Under the pieces are notes generated by a model that was given only the letters and a program-made list of their open reading frames with translations, was not told where the DNA came from and did no database searches. Below are positions 27,888 through 40,598 of a DNA stretch of 64,000 nt, one piece after another; within the stretch, counting starts at the first letter, position 1; every line of letters begins with the position of its first letter. Source of the stretch: Octopus vulgaris (taxonomy: Eukaryota); the NCBI GenBank assembly GCA_951406725.2, contig OX597825.1:39804001-39868000 (forward strand), read 5' to 3'. The translations under genes were made by a program, and so were the position numbers.

Positions 27888-28084
27888 CAGTTCTATATTT
27901 AAGAGATGAGGAATTATGTACATTTACATTATTTACATTTGACTGATATTTGTCCTCCTCTTGTTTGTTGTTAACACCTTCATCAGGTGTTATGGGGAAA
28001 TTTCGAAATTGTGATGCATAAGATATATTTCGATGTTCTTCTTCTTCTTCTTCTTCTTCTTCTTATTATTATTATTATTATTGT

Positions 28085-28162
<78 letters not shown>

Positions 28163-28176
28163 TATTATTATTATTA

Positions 28177-28218
<42 letters not shown>

Positions 28219-28286
28219 TCAATATCTGGAATTGAAATCGAAATCTTGGGGTTAGGAGCCCGCGCTCTTAACCACTACGCCATATG
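27888..28286 (-). mobile_element. tRNA-headed SINE with internal (AAT)n and a hammerhead remnant
   Basis: Head catatggcgtagtggttaagagcgcgggc; body aacacCTGATGAaggtgtt; tail shared with 28718-29070. Confidence 0.8.
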
Positions 28287-28717
28287 TTATTCATATCTGC
28301 ACTCGATCTGCTTAGGATTTTGTTGTGTCCTAAACTATGTGCTGCTTTTTTTAGTTTACCTATTTTCCAGTGGTGTTCTCTATTTTATTAACTTCATGCC
28401 ACAGGAAGAGGTGGTCTTCATTTTCCCATACATGATCAGCTATATCCGATTTATCAATATCTCTTCGTGTCATAGCTTAACGATGTGCGTCTACTCTTAT
28501 TTTCAGTGGGTGGCATGTTTCGCCTTTGCATAACCTACCACAGCTACATGGGATGGAATACACATAGTTCTTGGTCATATTCTCTTCTATTAGTTGTTTT
28601 ACTCGGAGATATTTGCGAAGTGTTGTATTACTCTTGAATTCTTTCCTGGTGTCAAATGGGCCGGTTATATTTTGTATATTTTCGGAGAGACCTAAAATTC
28701 ACTCCATAATTACCCAC

Positions 28718-29070
<353 letters not shown>

Positions 29071-29170
29071 TACCCTTTTATAATAATAGATGACAATATA
29101 TATTGTACCGGATACTTAGTACTCGTAGACAAACTCAATAAAGCAAGCTCCATGTTTAAAAATGAAATGA

Positions 29171-29938
<768 letters not shown>

Positions 29939-30841
29939 TTTGTCCAGCTTTATGTAAATAAGGATAGTGGTATACAGATTTCTTTTCATTTGCTAGAATC
30001 CTAAACGCATAAAATATTTCTTTAAAAACAGAATTCTTATGCATCTGCCACAAGGAAATTTGTACGGTGATAGCAAAGTAAAATATTTTAGAATTGATTT
30101 CATAATTCGCGTAAATATAGGAAGGAAATTCAATGAAATGACTGTTGGAAGTGATCAAATATATAGTATAAGTTACAAGGTTACGCGAATAAGTAATTAC
30201 GTTCTTAAACGGGCAGTATTGCCCTAAGCTAGATATTTCTGTTGGTTTTCATCATTCATCATTATATGTTAGCCAAGATAGGATTTAAACTCACGAGTTA
30301 TTACATTATAAACATACATGTGTAAAGTCGCTGACATCCGTGTCAATATAGCCGCCAGTAGATATCCAATGTACAATTCTAAACTTGCCATCTACACTAT
30401 AAATATTATATGCTTCTTCTTATAAAATATGTCGAAAGAAAAACTATAAGTCTATTGGTGTTTATACATTTTCATATATTTATATATACTTCCGAAAAGT
30501 ACAGTTTTTCTATTCGATTAACAACAATTTTTCATGGCGTTGCCCTACTGTACTGCCCTACTGCCGCAGTCGAATGACTCGGGGAGTTTAAAGTTGTTAC
30601 ATATAAATGTGTGGATGAGTGTATGTTTGTGCGTATGTTAAAGGGTAATTCGTTATCCTCCACGGCTCCACCGCCTTAAGATATAGTGGTCGAACAACAG
30701 TAAATTGTGTATTTTATCGGCCTGTTTTTTCGAACCGATAAGTTGCACAACCAACAACAGTAAAGTGGTGTGTGGACAAACAGGAATCAAAGCACGCGCA
30801 GGTACATTATATATATATATGTAGACGCACACATACACATA

Positions 30842-30883
<42 letters not shown>

Positions 30884-30894
30884 GACGCACACAT

Positions 30895-30951
<57 letters not shown>

Positions 30952-33400
30952 AATAGAGAGAAAGAGGGGAGGGAGAGGGAGAGTGTCTAATGCGGAGAAT
31001 CTTCCATTCTTAAAACTTGCTCTTTTTGACTCTGCGAAACTCTATCTAGTTTGTAAGTTCATCATTCCTCATTTACCTTCTTTTGTGAATTGCGTAGGCA
31101 AAAGCAATGTTGTGGATGAGATTTTGATAGTAGCCAAAATTATGCATATTTAAGAGATTTTCTGCTCATGATGAAGAGGGAATATCAGGAATCGTATCAA
31201 CATATAATTTTATTTGAAATTACATTTTTCGGTTTTCCCATGAAAGTCGAATCAGATCGATCTTAGGTTTTGAAAGGCTAGATTATATGATTATATGTGT
31301 TTCCAAGAAGTTAATGCATTTACCTAAACTATGACCACTGCCCATACGAAAGCTTGAGTAGAACAAGTCTTGGATCTGTTCAATACAAATAGATAGTGCA
31401 CTCTTAATAACATGCTTCTTATATCATTTTATCAACATGAAAACGCGCTGTTATTGGAAATATATCCCGCTTCGATTTGTTAAATCGCATTCTATTTTAT
31501 TTTTTGGCAATCCCTCCTTGAGTTTACAACGATAAACATTACCAAAATGCCTCTAAATGTATTCTCCATTTAAAATGTATGTACACTAGTTCGGAGCATA
31601 TGATCTTCAGTGACATTGCTATTGCAATATTATTCTCAGTAATTGTCCCAAAGTTTGTCTAAATGTACACGCCAGAAAGAGAAAAGTGTTTTTACTACAA
31701 TTTGTTTGGTGTTCTATTTATTCAATGCTTTGCTTCACTTTTTATTATACGTCTTTCAGAGTTAATAGTCAGGGCATCATGTATAGTGGTTTTTGTGGAG
31801 GTTTTCTTTTTGCACAGCATGACGGTGTCCATTCATGTAAATGGTTAATGCATTTCTGATCTCAAAGAGAAGACCGTACGAGTGAATCATATCAAAGTAA
31901 GATAGTTTACTTGAAGACCTAGTTATCACAATTTAAACAGCTATATTCCGCATTGGCTTATTAACGGTCACTTTGAAATCCACAAATGTCTGCTCATTTG
32001 TTAGATTTCTTCCTGCCTCTACCTTAAGTTTTTACGCTATCTACAGGAAACTTCTTTTAAATACCAAGTATTTCTACAATTTATATATTAAGCATCAGCA
32101 CATTTCCAATAAGCATATCTTTTACTTTCACTACTCTCATATATTTCTCATATAGCTTTCTCGAGAATTTCTTCGGAAGATGAGAGGTTAGACACTGAGT
32201 TACTAACATCAGCTATCAGGGTTTTAAATATTACAAGAGTTCAGCAGCCTCTGCTTGTCGCCAGGAATTCTGTGATTCTCTGAGGTTCATTTAGTATATT
32301 AGCATTTCTTGTCTTCGGCATTTCTTTTTACCACTCGTAGGATGGTTTTCGAAAGCAATATGCTCTCTTCTTTTCATATTGATCAGAAGTTCGTTATATT
32401 CACTGTTTTCAACGAACCACTCTTGGATCTGGTATTTTGCATAGACTATGACTTCGTCTGCAGCAGATATTATAGCTTCGTTGAAGGACTCCTATACTGC
32501 ATTCCTTCAGACGCTTGATAACCGCGTCTAGGAAAGCTTGGAATGCAACCGAGCCATTCAGTCATTCAGTGTGCTTTACTTCTAACTCCGGGCTTTTGCA
32601 TACTAGGATACCGAAGCGGTGGAGGGATGCAAAGGATGAATCGTTGAACCTAAAGCCGGTGATCGGTGTAGCGACCATCAGTGCCTGGCAATCAAATCAT
32701 GATCCAGGATATGCCAGTGATTTGACCTTTGACATTGCTAAGTTCTTTTGTGGCTGGTTGAAAGATGGAAGAAAGTGTTCGTAACAGTCAGGTCGGTTAC
32801 ACCACAGAGTCCGAGGAGGAGGTGTCCATTGGCGTTGCAGTTTCCAATCCTATGTTTAAACGGCATGGTTTGCCAGACCGACTAGGCCGATGAAATTGCA
32901 AAGAATGATTAGTTTATCATGGAATGATCAGTTTGTCCTTACAGAGCTGTAGAAAGCATTTCAATATTTGTCACTTGAGTCTAGGTTTAGAGAATAGATT
33001 GAGAACAGCGTAGGTCAGGTCTTGTGGTAAAGCATGATCCGTATGAACATCACATGTTATCTAACATCAGAAGTTATCTTCTTCATATTGGGGTCAGTTT
33101 GTGCTTCTTGACCAGCACGGTTTTGATGGGAAGTCAGACGCTATGGATGCAAGTTACGTTAGAATTGTTTTCGTGCCAAAACAAAGTGTAGCCAGCTTCC
33201 TGACGTTGCCATCTCAAAAAAAAAACGAGCTTCGCTCAAAGCATTTGCATCATTGTTGAAACGGGGAAGTTCTTGGGAGACGAGTACAGTTCAGTCCGTA
33301 AGATTGGTATGTATTTGTATGTCCATCAAAGTTCCCACATGCATATACAGACGAACATAAATACATATAGATATTTATACACACACACGCACTCACAGAC

Positions 33401-33472
<72 letters not shown>

Positions 33473-33815
33473 TCTGTTTGTATCTATCACTCTCTTCGAT
33501 CGGCCCTCCATGATTGTTTACGTTCATTTTCTCGTATATCTCCGCTGCCCTGTCTTTGTTTCCAACATTGACCCTCCATAAATTGAAAATTTTAATTTGG
33601 GATTTATGAAAGCAACCGTCATCGAAAATTCATATTGTCATTGAATGCTCGAAATGAAGAGTAGAGAGACAGCCGACAACTGATGAATGGTCGTTCTATG
33701 TGTTACTTGTTTTCCAATAATTTCGCTCGTTGTTTTCGAATCTAACTCATTTGTATTCGTATTTCATATTTTTACACAGTGGCTGACGTCCTCTACCCAT
33801 ATATGCACATATAGA

Positions 33816-33853
<38 letters not shown>

Positions 33854-33859
33854 CAGGTA

Positions 33860-34570
33860 CGAATGCTTTTGTTAAGCGGTGTCGAGTATTACAATTCTGA
33901 TAATAAAAGTAATGGTATTTTTGTATAAACTTAAGGCTCATAGCGATCACTGTGGAAATGACTACCGAATATAATCTAATAATGAGACATATAAGCATTC
34001 GACGGAATCAAAAAATAGGCTTTCTCGTACGCGTGGGACGCGAACCTACATCCTTTTGTTAACGAGATTGTGTTACCGATTACGCAGTCGAACCAGCCTC
34101 CTTCCTTCTGTCAAATTTAGGAACTATATTATTTCGTAGTTGCTTTTCTAAACAAATCTTATGTGCTCTCGGTGCGAACGGTTTTGTTAAGCGGTGTCGA
34201 ATTTTATAATTCTTTAAATAATAATAATGGTATTTTTTTATAAGCTTATAGATTATAGCAATCACCGTGCAAATGACTGGAGCACATAAGGTCTCAACTA
34301 AAAACTTAGGCTTTCCCATAGGTTTAGGACTCTAACCCATTTCCCTTTGTTAACACGACTAAGTGTGTTACCGATTACATCAGCGAACAAAACCAATCGC
34401 ACCGTAAGCATTTTAAAGTTTGTTTACAGAAACAGCTACGAATTAATGGAGTTCATAAATTTGTCAGAAAGGAGCAGGTTCGCTGGTGTAATCGCTAACA
34501 CACTTAGTCGTGTTAACAAAGGGAAATGGGTTAGAGTCCTAAACCTTTGCGTTAACAAAGATAGGGAACT
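33860..34570. repeat. Tandem-plus-inverted repeat of ~290-315 bp containing a tRNA-Asn-like segment
   Basis: ttttgttaagcggtgtcga at ~33867 and ~34183; tRNA-like segments at 34025-34094(-), 34320-34388(-) and 34477-34546(+). Confidence 0.8.
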
Positions 34571-34669
34571 ATATATATATATACTTGCTATGCTGGAGTG
34601 AAGACAACATGTTCTTAATTTTACTAATGTGTCCAACTGTTTTAATCTAATTAAATTCTAAAGTCTCCA

Positions 34670-34754
34670 TGTAGCTGAGGATTGGCCAGCATTTAAATTG
34701 ATGAAATGATTGCCTTGTTACATTAAATGGAGTTGCATGAATCGATCGTACTGC
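34670..34754 (+). ncRNA. Degenerate type I hammerhead motif (family B)
   Basis: gtag CTGAGGA ... GAATC gatc GTA ctgc; GAAA mutated; palindromic stem III cgatcg. Confidence 0.6.
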
Positions 34755-34784
34755 TTTAACTCTGGATACCCTTGTTGCATATTT

Positions 34785-34824
<40 letters not shown>

Positions 34825-35268
34825 GTAAGCTGAGACGATAAGACGTGTTTTTGCTCCTCTCTGCGCCGGTCAGCAGCAAGCTTCACAGCTACATTCGTCG
34901 TAATTGACCATCACATATATTCCTGTATATTTGAAACCACGCTTTTTCCCAACTCGTGAGTAGACTTTTCCTTAACCACAAACTATTTTCATAATTTTCA
35001 AACGACCAAATATTTTCAAACACCTTCTGATAACTAAAGGATCACCCACACATTAAAAATTAGAAAAAGAGGGAAAAAAAAGAAAAGAAAAGAAAGATAA
35101 AATAACTACAAGCTCATAATTCAAATACAAACTTCTCAGTATTACAACAAACATTCTGTACAATCAATTCTACATACTTCTCCTTAAAAAAAAAAAAAAA
35201 AATAATAATTAAAAGTAATCAACAAAACGAACGAACAAAATAAAATTTAATAAAACATATCAACCAGA

Positions 35269-36495
35269 ATGGCTAGCCACCAAAAATCCAACAAAAACTG
35301 GTCTGATAATGAAGTCGACGTTCTTATCAACACATGGCATGGCCTTACCGAAACAGAGAGCATAGGTGCTTCGTGTCTGAACGAAATTGCTAAACGAACA
35401 GTTCACCATTTGCAAACTCGATCTGAACAGCAGATCCAAAATAAATTAAAACAAATCGAAGTTGCTTTTAAATTAATAAATAAACACTTCGATAAACTGA
35501 GATGTGTTTTCTCTTCGAACGCATCACCGGCGCAACAACAACAACAACAACCTCAACAACAACAAACTCAGCGGCAACAACAACAACAACAGTTACAGCA
35601 ACAACAACAACTTCAGCAGCAACAACCTCAGAGGCAACAACAACAACCTCAACAACAACAACAGGATGAACCACTCCTTGATTCATCTACAATGGCCGAT
35701 TTGCTAAATGAAACGATTGACCCCCCAGTCATCAGGGTCACACAGCAGGAAGCACCACCCCTTCCTTTCACTGCCCCAGCAGCTCAATCATCATCATTGT
35801 CAACAACATCTCCTCTGCTTACTACTACTAGTACTACTCCCACTATATATCGACAAACATCTTTGTCTTGGAATCGACCTCCTCAATCATTACCACTGTC
35901 AACATCTCTTCTACCTACTACTACTACTACTACAGCTACTACTACTAATGCTATCTCAAGGAATTTACCTCCTACAGGTCACAAAGGTCGCCAAAACTTC
36001 AACAAACTATCATCTACACCCTTCACAGCTCACACACACACACGCACCTACACACCCACTCGAAACCCCATCATTTGCCGATATTCTCTTCGCCATAGAC
36101 TGTGCACTGATAGAGACTGCAAATTCACCCATTTACCTGGAACAAAACGCTCTATCCCCACAAACTACAACAGCAACCACCATAATACAACATCACCACA
36201 ACCACCAATATCTCAAACAAGGAATCCCCAAATCTGCCGCTATTCCCAGCGAGACAGATTGTGTTTGCACAGGGATTGCCCCTTTACCCATCTCCCGGGG
36301 ACTCGTCGGACATTTAAAGATAACCACTCACATAAAAATAGCCGCGGCCACAGTCACCTGCGGTTCCCTAGACAGGAAACCACCTCTTCTTCCTCTTTTT
36401 TAGCTATAATGAATCTAGCAAAAGAACTGGAAAAAAACATCCGAGCTATCACCCACCGTCATCCACCACTATTACCCCACTACACATGCCATTAA
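35269..36495 (+). CDS. LINE ORF1p: Myb/SANT-like N-terminus, poly-Q, S/T/P-rich linker, two C-x8-C-x4-C-x3-H zinc fingers
   Basis: 408-aa ATG ORF directly upstream of ORF2; NWSDNEVDVLINTW..RSEQQIQNKLKQI; CRYSLRHRLCTDRDCKFTHLPGT and CRYSQRDRLCLHRDCPFTHLPGT. Confidence 0.88.
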   Translation: MASHQKSNKNWSDNEVDVLINTWHGLTETESIGASCLNEIAKRTVHHLQTRSEQQIQNKLKQIEVAFKLINKHFDKLRCVFSSNASPAQQQQQQPQQQQTQRQQQQQQLQQQQQLQQQQPQRQQQQPQQQQQDEPLLDSSTMADLLNETIDPPVIRVTQQEAPPLPFTAPAAQSSSLSTTSPLLTTTSTTPTIYRQTSLSWNRPPQSLPLSTSLLPTTTTTTATTTNAISRNLPPTGHKGRQNFNKLSSTPFTAHTHTRTYTPTRNPIICRYSLRHRLCTDRDCKFTHLPGTKRSIPTNYNSNHHNTTSPQPPISQTRNPQICRYSQRDRLCLHRDCPFTHLPGTRRTFKDNHSHKNSRGHSHLRFPRQETTSSSSFLAIMNLAKELEKNIRAITHRHPPLLPHYTCH

Positions 36496-39400
36496 AAAGC
36501 AATCAAATAAACAAATCACCAAAACAATTAAAACCATCCACTCTCGCCTCAACATTTCTGCTTAATGCCCAAGGCATCAGCCCTTCCACCAATACACAAA
36601 AATGGAAGATAAGATTCCTGGAGGACTGGGTCGAGGCCCATCCAAACCACATCCCTTTCTTCGTCCTCACTGAAACCCATCTTAGTGACCTCCACTTGGA
36701 AGCCGAGGTGAAAGTTAAAAATTTCAAAACCATTCGTGCTGATCGTGTTGGCAGAAGAAAGGGTGGGACTGCCATTTATGTCCATGATTCATTCTCAACA
36801 GAAGCCATGAACATATTTTCGAATGGATACTGCGAAGCAGTCGCTGTATTCAGTCAAACCAACAACTTAACAGTAGTTGGGCTCTACAGACCACCCCAAA
36901 CGCCCCTACCATGCTTCAAGGAATGCCTCAACAGCATAAAGTGTTTCATTCAGCAGTGTCAACCTGACAACATTTTAATGATGGGAGATTTCAACCTTCC
37001 CGGGGTTGACTGGTCTACAAACAGTCTGCCGCCAGGTTCTTCTCTCTCAACCCCTGACAGGGAGGCAGTGGAATCGCTTCTTGACTTCATGGATGACTTC
37101 TTCTTGTCCCAACTGGTACTCGAACCAACGAGATGTCACAAAAACGTCTTAGACTTAATTTTCAGCAATCACACTGATACTATCCACAATATTGCAGTGG
37201 AGAAAACCCTACTCTCCGACCATGACATGGTTCTCTGTGATCTGAGATTTCACTGGCCAAAATGCAAAACAAATGTCATCCCTCCTGTTCATCCATTTGA
37301 CACTATGGATTTCCACAATGCAAACTGGGAAGCGATCAATAATGATCTTGCACAAGTCGATTGGTCCTTCACGCACACATACACACCCACTAACATCAAA
37401 AAGTCCTGGCAGTCACTTGTAGACACCATCACGAACATATGTGCAAGACACACCCCATTAAGATCTGCAAACAAATCTAAGTGTCGAATCCCTAGAAATA
37501 GAAAATCTCTCATAAGGAAAATTAAAAGAATCAACAAAAAGATCAACATGCTGAAATACTGTCAACAGCAACACACCAACCTGACTGCCATCTCGTCGCT
37601 AGAGATTAAAAAACATAAACTCCAAAACAACATGATGTCTATCATCAATAGTCAGCGAAGAGCTGAAGAGGCCTGGGCCATTGAGAAGATCAAACTCAAT
37701 CCCAAAGTGTTCTTTTCATTTGCAAAAAAACACAGAGTCACTGGTTCTACTGTTGGCCCTCTGATTGATGAAAATGGTATTCTTCAAGACAATGCCAAAA
37801 CCATGGGAGAAATATTGCAGAAACAATATTGCTCTGTTTTCAGCAATCCTGATATGACTGATCTGGGCTGTATCAGTGATGTTACTCCCCAATACACTTT
37901 ATCGGACATAACATTTGGCGCTCCTGATGTCTTAGCAGCAATAAAGGAAATGAAGCATAATTCAGCAGTAGGTCCCGATAGGTTCCCTGCTTGTGTCTTG
38001 AAGATGTGTCAAAACCAACTTGCACCCCCTCTAGCCAATCTGTGGCGGAACTCATTGGATGCTGGATATATACCAGAAGACCTTCTATCCCAGTCTGTTG
38101 TCCCAGTTTTCAAAAAAGGAAACAAATCGCTTGCCGTGAATTACCGTCCAATCTCACTCACCTCTCATATCATCAAGGTATTTGAGAGGGTGCTGAGATC
38201 GCGTATGACTCACTTCCTTGAGAGTCATAATATGCTGAACCCCAACCAGCATGGATTCCGTAATGGGAGAGATTGCCTGACGCAGCTACTGCATCATTTT
38301 GATGACATTTTGAGAGCCTTGGGAGAGGGTTCCAACACTGATGTCATCTACCTTGATTTCAGCAAGGCCTTTGACAGGGTTGATCATAAGATCCTTCTGA
38401 GAAAGCTGTCCAATATTGGTGTCACTGGAAAGCTGCTGCAATGGATCAAGTGCTTCCTCTCTAACAGAACCCAACATGTTGTAGTCGAAGGAGTCAAATC
38501 CAGCCCAGCCAAAGTCAGCAGTGGTGTCCCACAAGGCACTGTGTTGGGCCCACTTCTCTTCATCATCTACATAAATGATATTACTGACACCATCAAACAC
38601 AGCAACATCAGAACCTTCGCTGATGATTCCAAGCTCCAGAAGGTCATCAATGGCGTGGATGACCGAATAAACCTTCAGTCAGACCTACTGGCTGTTGTCC
38701 AATGGGCGGAAAAGAATAACATGTTGCTAAATGAAGACAAATTTGAACTGATCCACTTTGGAAGGGAGGACGCTCTGAAACTCCCATACTCTCTTCCTTC
38801 TGGAGAAATTCTCATGGCATCCAACAACATCAGAGACCTGGGAGTAACAGTGGACAACAACATAAGCTGGGCTACACATATAAGCAGCAAAGTTGACATG
38901 GCCCGCAGAATGTGTTCCTGGATTCTCAGAACCTTCCAGTCGAGAGATTCCCACGCTATTATCCTTCTCTTCTCCACTTTTGCCCGACCCCACCTTGAAT
39001 ACTGCTGTCCACTGTGGTCTCCCTACACAAAACAAAATATTATGAGAATTGAAGCTCCCCAAAGGTCAATCACAAAAAAGATAGATGGCATGTCAGACCT
39101 TGACTACTGGGGTAGACTAGAGAAGCTGAAATTGTATTCACTCCAACGACGCCGTGAACGCTACATTATCTGTATGATGTGGAAAATATTCCATCAGCAC
39201 TGTCCGAATGATGTTGGCATCACCTTCAAAATGCATCCAAGGCTTGGACCACGTGCCATCCGTCCACAACAAAAATCTAAATCGCATCACATAACGACAA
39301 TACGGCACAACTATTTCACCTCAATTGGACCCGCTCTCTTCAACATTACACCAGGACACGTCAAAAAAGAAACTGACCACACAAAATTCAAGAAGTCTTT

Positions 39401-39503
39401 GGACAAATTCCTTCAAACAGTACCGGACAAACCATCCACACCCGGATATGTCTCCGCAAACAATAACTCTCTGCTCGAATGGGCCTTGGTGCCCAAATCC
39501 TGA
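36486..39503 (+). CDS. LINE ORF2p: apurinic-like endonuclease plus reverse transcriptase
   Basis: 1005 aa with no stops; APE motifs LTETHL, YRPP, GDFN, LDL, SDH; RT motifs NYRPISLTS, QHGFR, LDFSKAFD, GVPQGTVLGPLLF, FADD; CR1-like C-terminus LEYCCPLWSPY..LKLYSLQRRR. Confidence 0.98.
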   Translation: MPLKSNQINKSPKQLKPSTLASTFLLNAQGISPSTNTQKWKIRFLEDWVEAHPNHIPFFVLTETHLSDLHLEAEVKVKNFKTIRADRVGRRKGGTAIYVHDSFSTEAMNIFSNGYCEAVAVFSQTNNLTVVGLYRPPQTPLPCFKECLNSIKCFIQQCQPDNILMMGDFNLPGVDWSTNSLPPGSSLSTPDREAVESLLDFMDDFFLSQLVLEPTRCHKNVLDLIFSNHTDTIHNIAVEKTLLSDHDMVLCDLRFHWPKCKTNVIPPVHPFDTMDFHNANWEAINNDLAQVDWSFTHTYTPTNIKKSWQSLVDTITNICARHTPLRSANKSKCRIPRNRKSLIRKIKRINKKINMLKYCQQQHTNLTAISSLEIKKHKLQNNMMSIINSQRRAEEAWAIEKIKLNPKVFFSFAKKHRVTGSTVGPLIDENGILQDNAKTMGEILQKQYCSVFSNPDMTDLGCISDVTPQYTLSDITFGAPDVLAAIKEMKHNSAVGPDRFPACVLKMCQNQLAPPLANLWRNSLDAGYIPEDLLSQSVVPVFKKGNKSLAVNYRPISLTSHIIKVFERVLRSRMTHFLESHNMLNPNQHGFRNGRDCLTQLLHHFDDILRALGEGSNTDVIYLDFSKAFDRVDHKILLRKLSNIGVTGKLLQWIKCFLSNRTQHVVVEGVKSSPAKVSSGVPQGTVLGPLLFIIYINDITDTIKHSNIRTFADDSKLQKVINGVDDRINLQSDLLAVVQWAEKNNMLLNEDKFELIHFGREDALKLPYSLPSGEILMASNNIRDLGVTVDNNISWATHISSKVDMARRMCSWILRTFQSRDSHAIILLFSTFARPHLEYCCPLWSPYTKQNIMRIEAPQRSITKKIDGMSDLDYWGRLEKLKLYSLQRRRERYIICMMWKIFHQHCPNDVGITFKMHPRLGPRAIRPQQKSKSHHITTIRHNYFTSIGPALFNITPGHVKKETDHTKFKKSLDKFLQTVPDKPSTPGYVSANNNSLLEWALVPKS

Positions 39504-39589
39504 ACTGAAAGACTTCGCCAGGTGGTGCTATTAAGTTAGACATGGCCTGGGCCAATACTGGCCAAAAACCTTTCTAAGTTATTCTAAGT

Positions 39590-39647
<58 letters not shown>

Positions 39648-39895
39648 GGAGATAAATAATATTAATTTTAATATCAATTTAAAACCAGTAGTCCAGCATT
39701 CAAAAAATCTGAGGAGTCAGAGAAAATTCAAATATATGTGTATATTGGCGGCCTGCTAGGTAGCCGGCCAGAATGCTAGAAATAGATCATCAACGATCAA
39801 ACTACAAGGGAAATTCTCTAGAGAAGTATTCAGCGAACACCAGAACCAAATTTGGCGGGCAGGACATATGAAAAATTAAATAAATAACAGACTTA

Positions 39896-39971
39896 AATGC
39901 ATACCTCGGTTTCGGTCTTAACAAAAGAATTACTTGCATAATTCAAGTGTCTGTGACTTCTTCAGTACATT
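39896..39971 (-). ncRNA. Type I hammerhead ribozyme motif (family A)
   Basis: Reverse strand: aatgta CTGAAGA agtc..gacc GAAAC cgag GTA tgcatt. Confidence 0.82.
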
Positions 39972-40522
39972 CGGTCCTCGAGATGCAAACCGCAAGACTA
40001 ACCCCAGCTCTCTGTGTCAAGACAGACACGTGCTTATCTTATATTACATCGGGAATAAAATTTCAAATGTCTTGGTTTTCATGTCCTGCCCGCCAAATTT
40101 GGTTCTGGTGTTCGCTGAATACTTCCTCTAGAGAATTTCCCTTGTAGTTTGATCGTTGATGATCTATTTCTAGCATTCTGGCCGGCTACCTAGCAGGCCA
40201 GCCCTGCCAATATACACATATATTTGAATTTTCTCTGACTCCTCAGATTTTTTGAATGCTGGACTACTGGTTTTAAATTGATATTAAAATTAATATTAAT
40301 TTATCTCCCTCAATTTTTAAATATTTAAATAAATACGTTCCCTAGTTGTAAGCAATACCCGCAGTGAATTATTCACTGCAGACCTTCGCTTGAGGAGTCT
40401 CTCAACGCGCCGGAACCAGGACATTTGAAATTTTATTCCCGATGTAATCAGTAAGACTAAGCACGTGTCTGCTTTGACACAGAGAGCTGGGGTTAGTCTT
40501 GCGGTTTGCATCTCGAGGACCG

Positions 40523-40598
40523 AATGTACTGAAGAAGTCACGGACACTTGAATTATGCAAGTAATTCTTTTGTTAAGACCGAAACCGAGGTATGCATT
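40523..40598 (+). ncRNA. Type I hammerhead ribozyme motif (family A)
   Basis: aatgta CTGAAGA agtc..gacc GAAAC cgag GTA tgcatt; intact core, predicted cleavage after 40592. Confidence 0.85.

Larger units (their letters stand above)
34825..39591 (+). mobile_element. Full-length, apparently intact CR1-group LINE inserted in (TA)n
   Basis: ~440-bp 5' UTR, two uninterrupted overlapping ORFs, short 3' UTR with ggcca-atac-tggcc hairpin and tandem tail (TTCTAAGTTA)2; (TA)n on both sides. Confidence 0.95.

Noticed and set aside
30980-33260. Possible highly decayed retroelement coding region on the minus strand
   Set aside because: Only faint RT-like hints (a QTFGT-like remnant near 31650); not enough to call
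34477-34546. Functional tRNA-Asn gene, and likewise the tRNA-like heads at 28213-28286 and 28721-28790
   Set aside because: Acceptor and T stems are disrupted and the segments are embedded in repeats
35708-36403. 231-aa alternative-frame ORF inside LINE ORF1, and antisense ORFs inside ORF2
   Set aside because: Shadow frames of a C/A-rich coding region with no motifs
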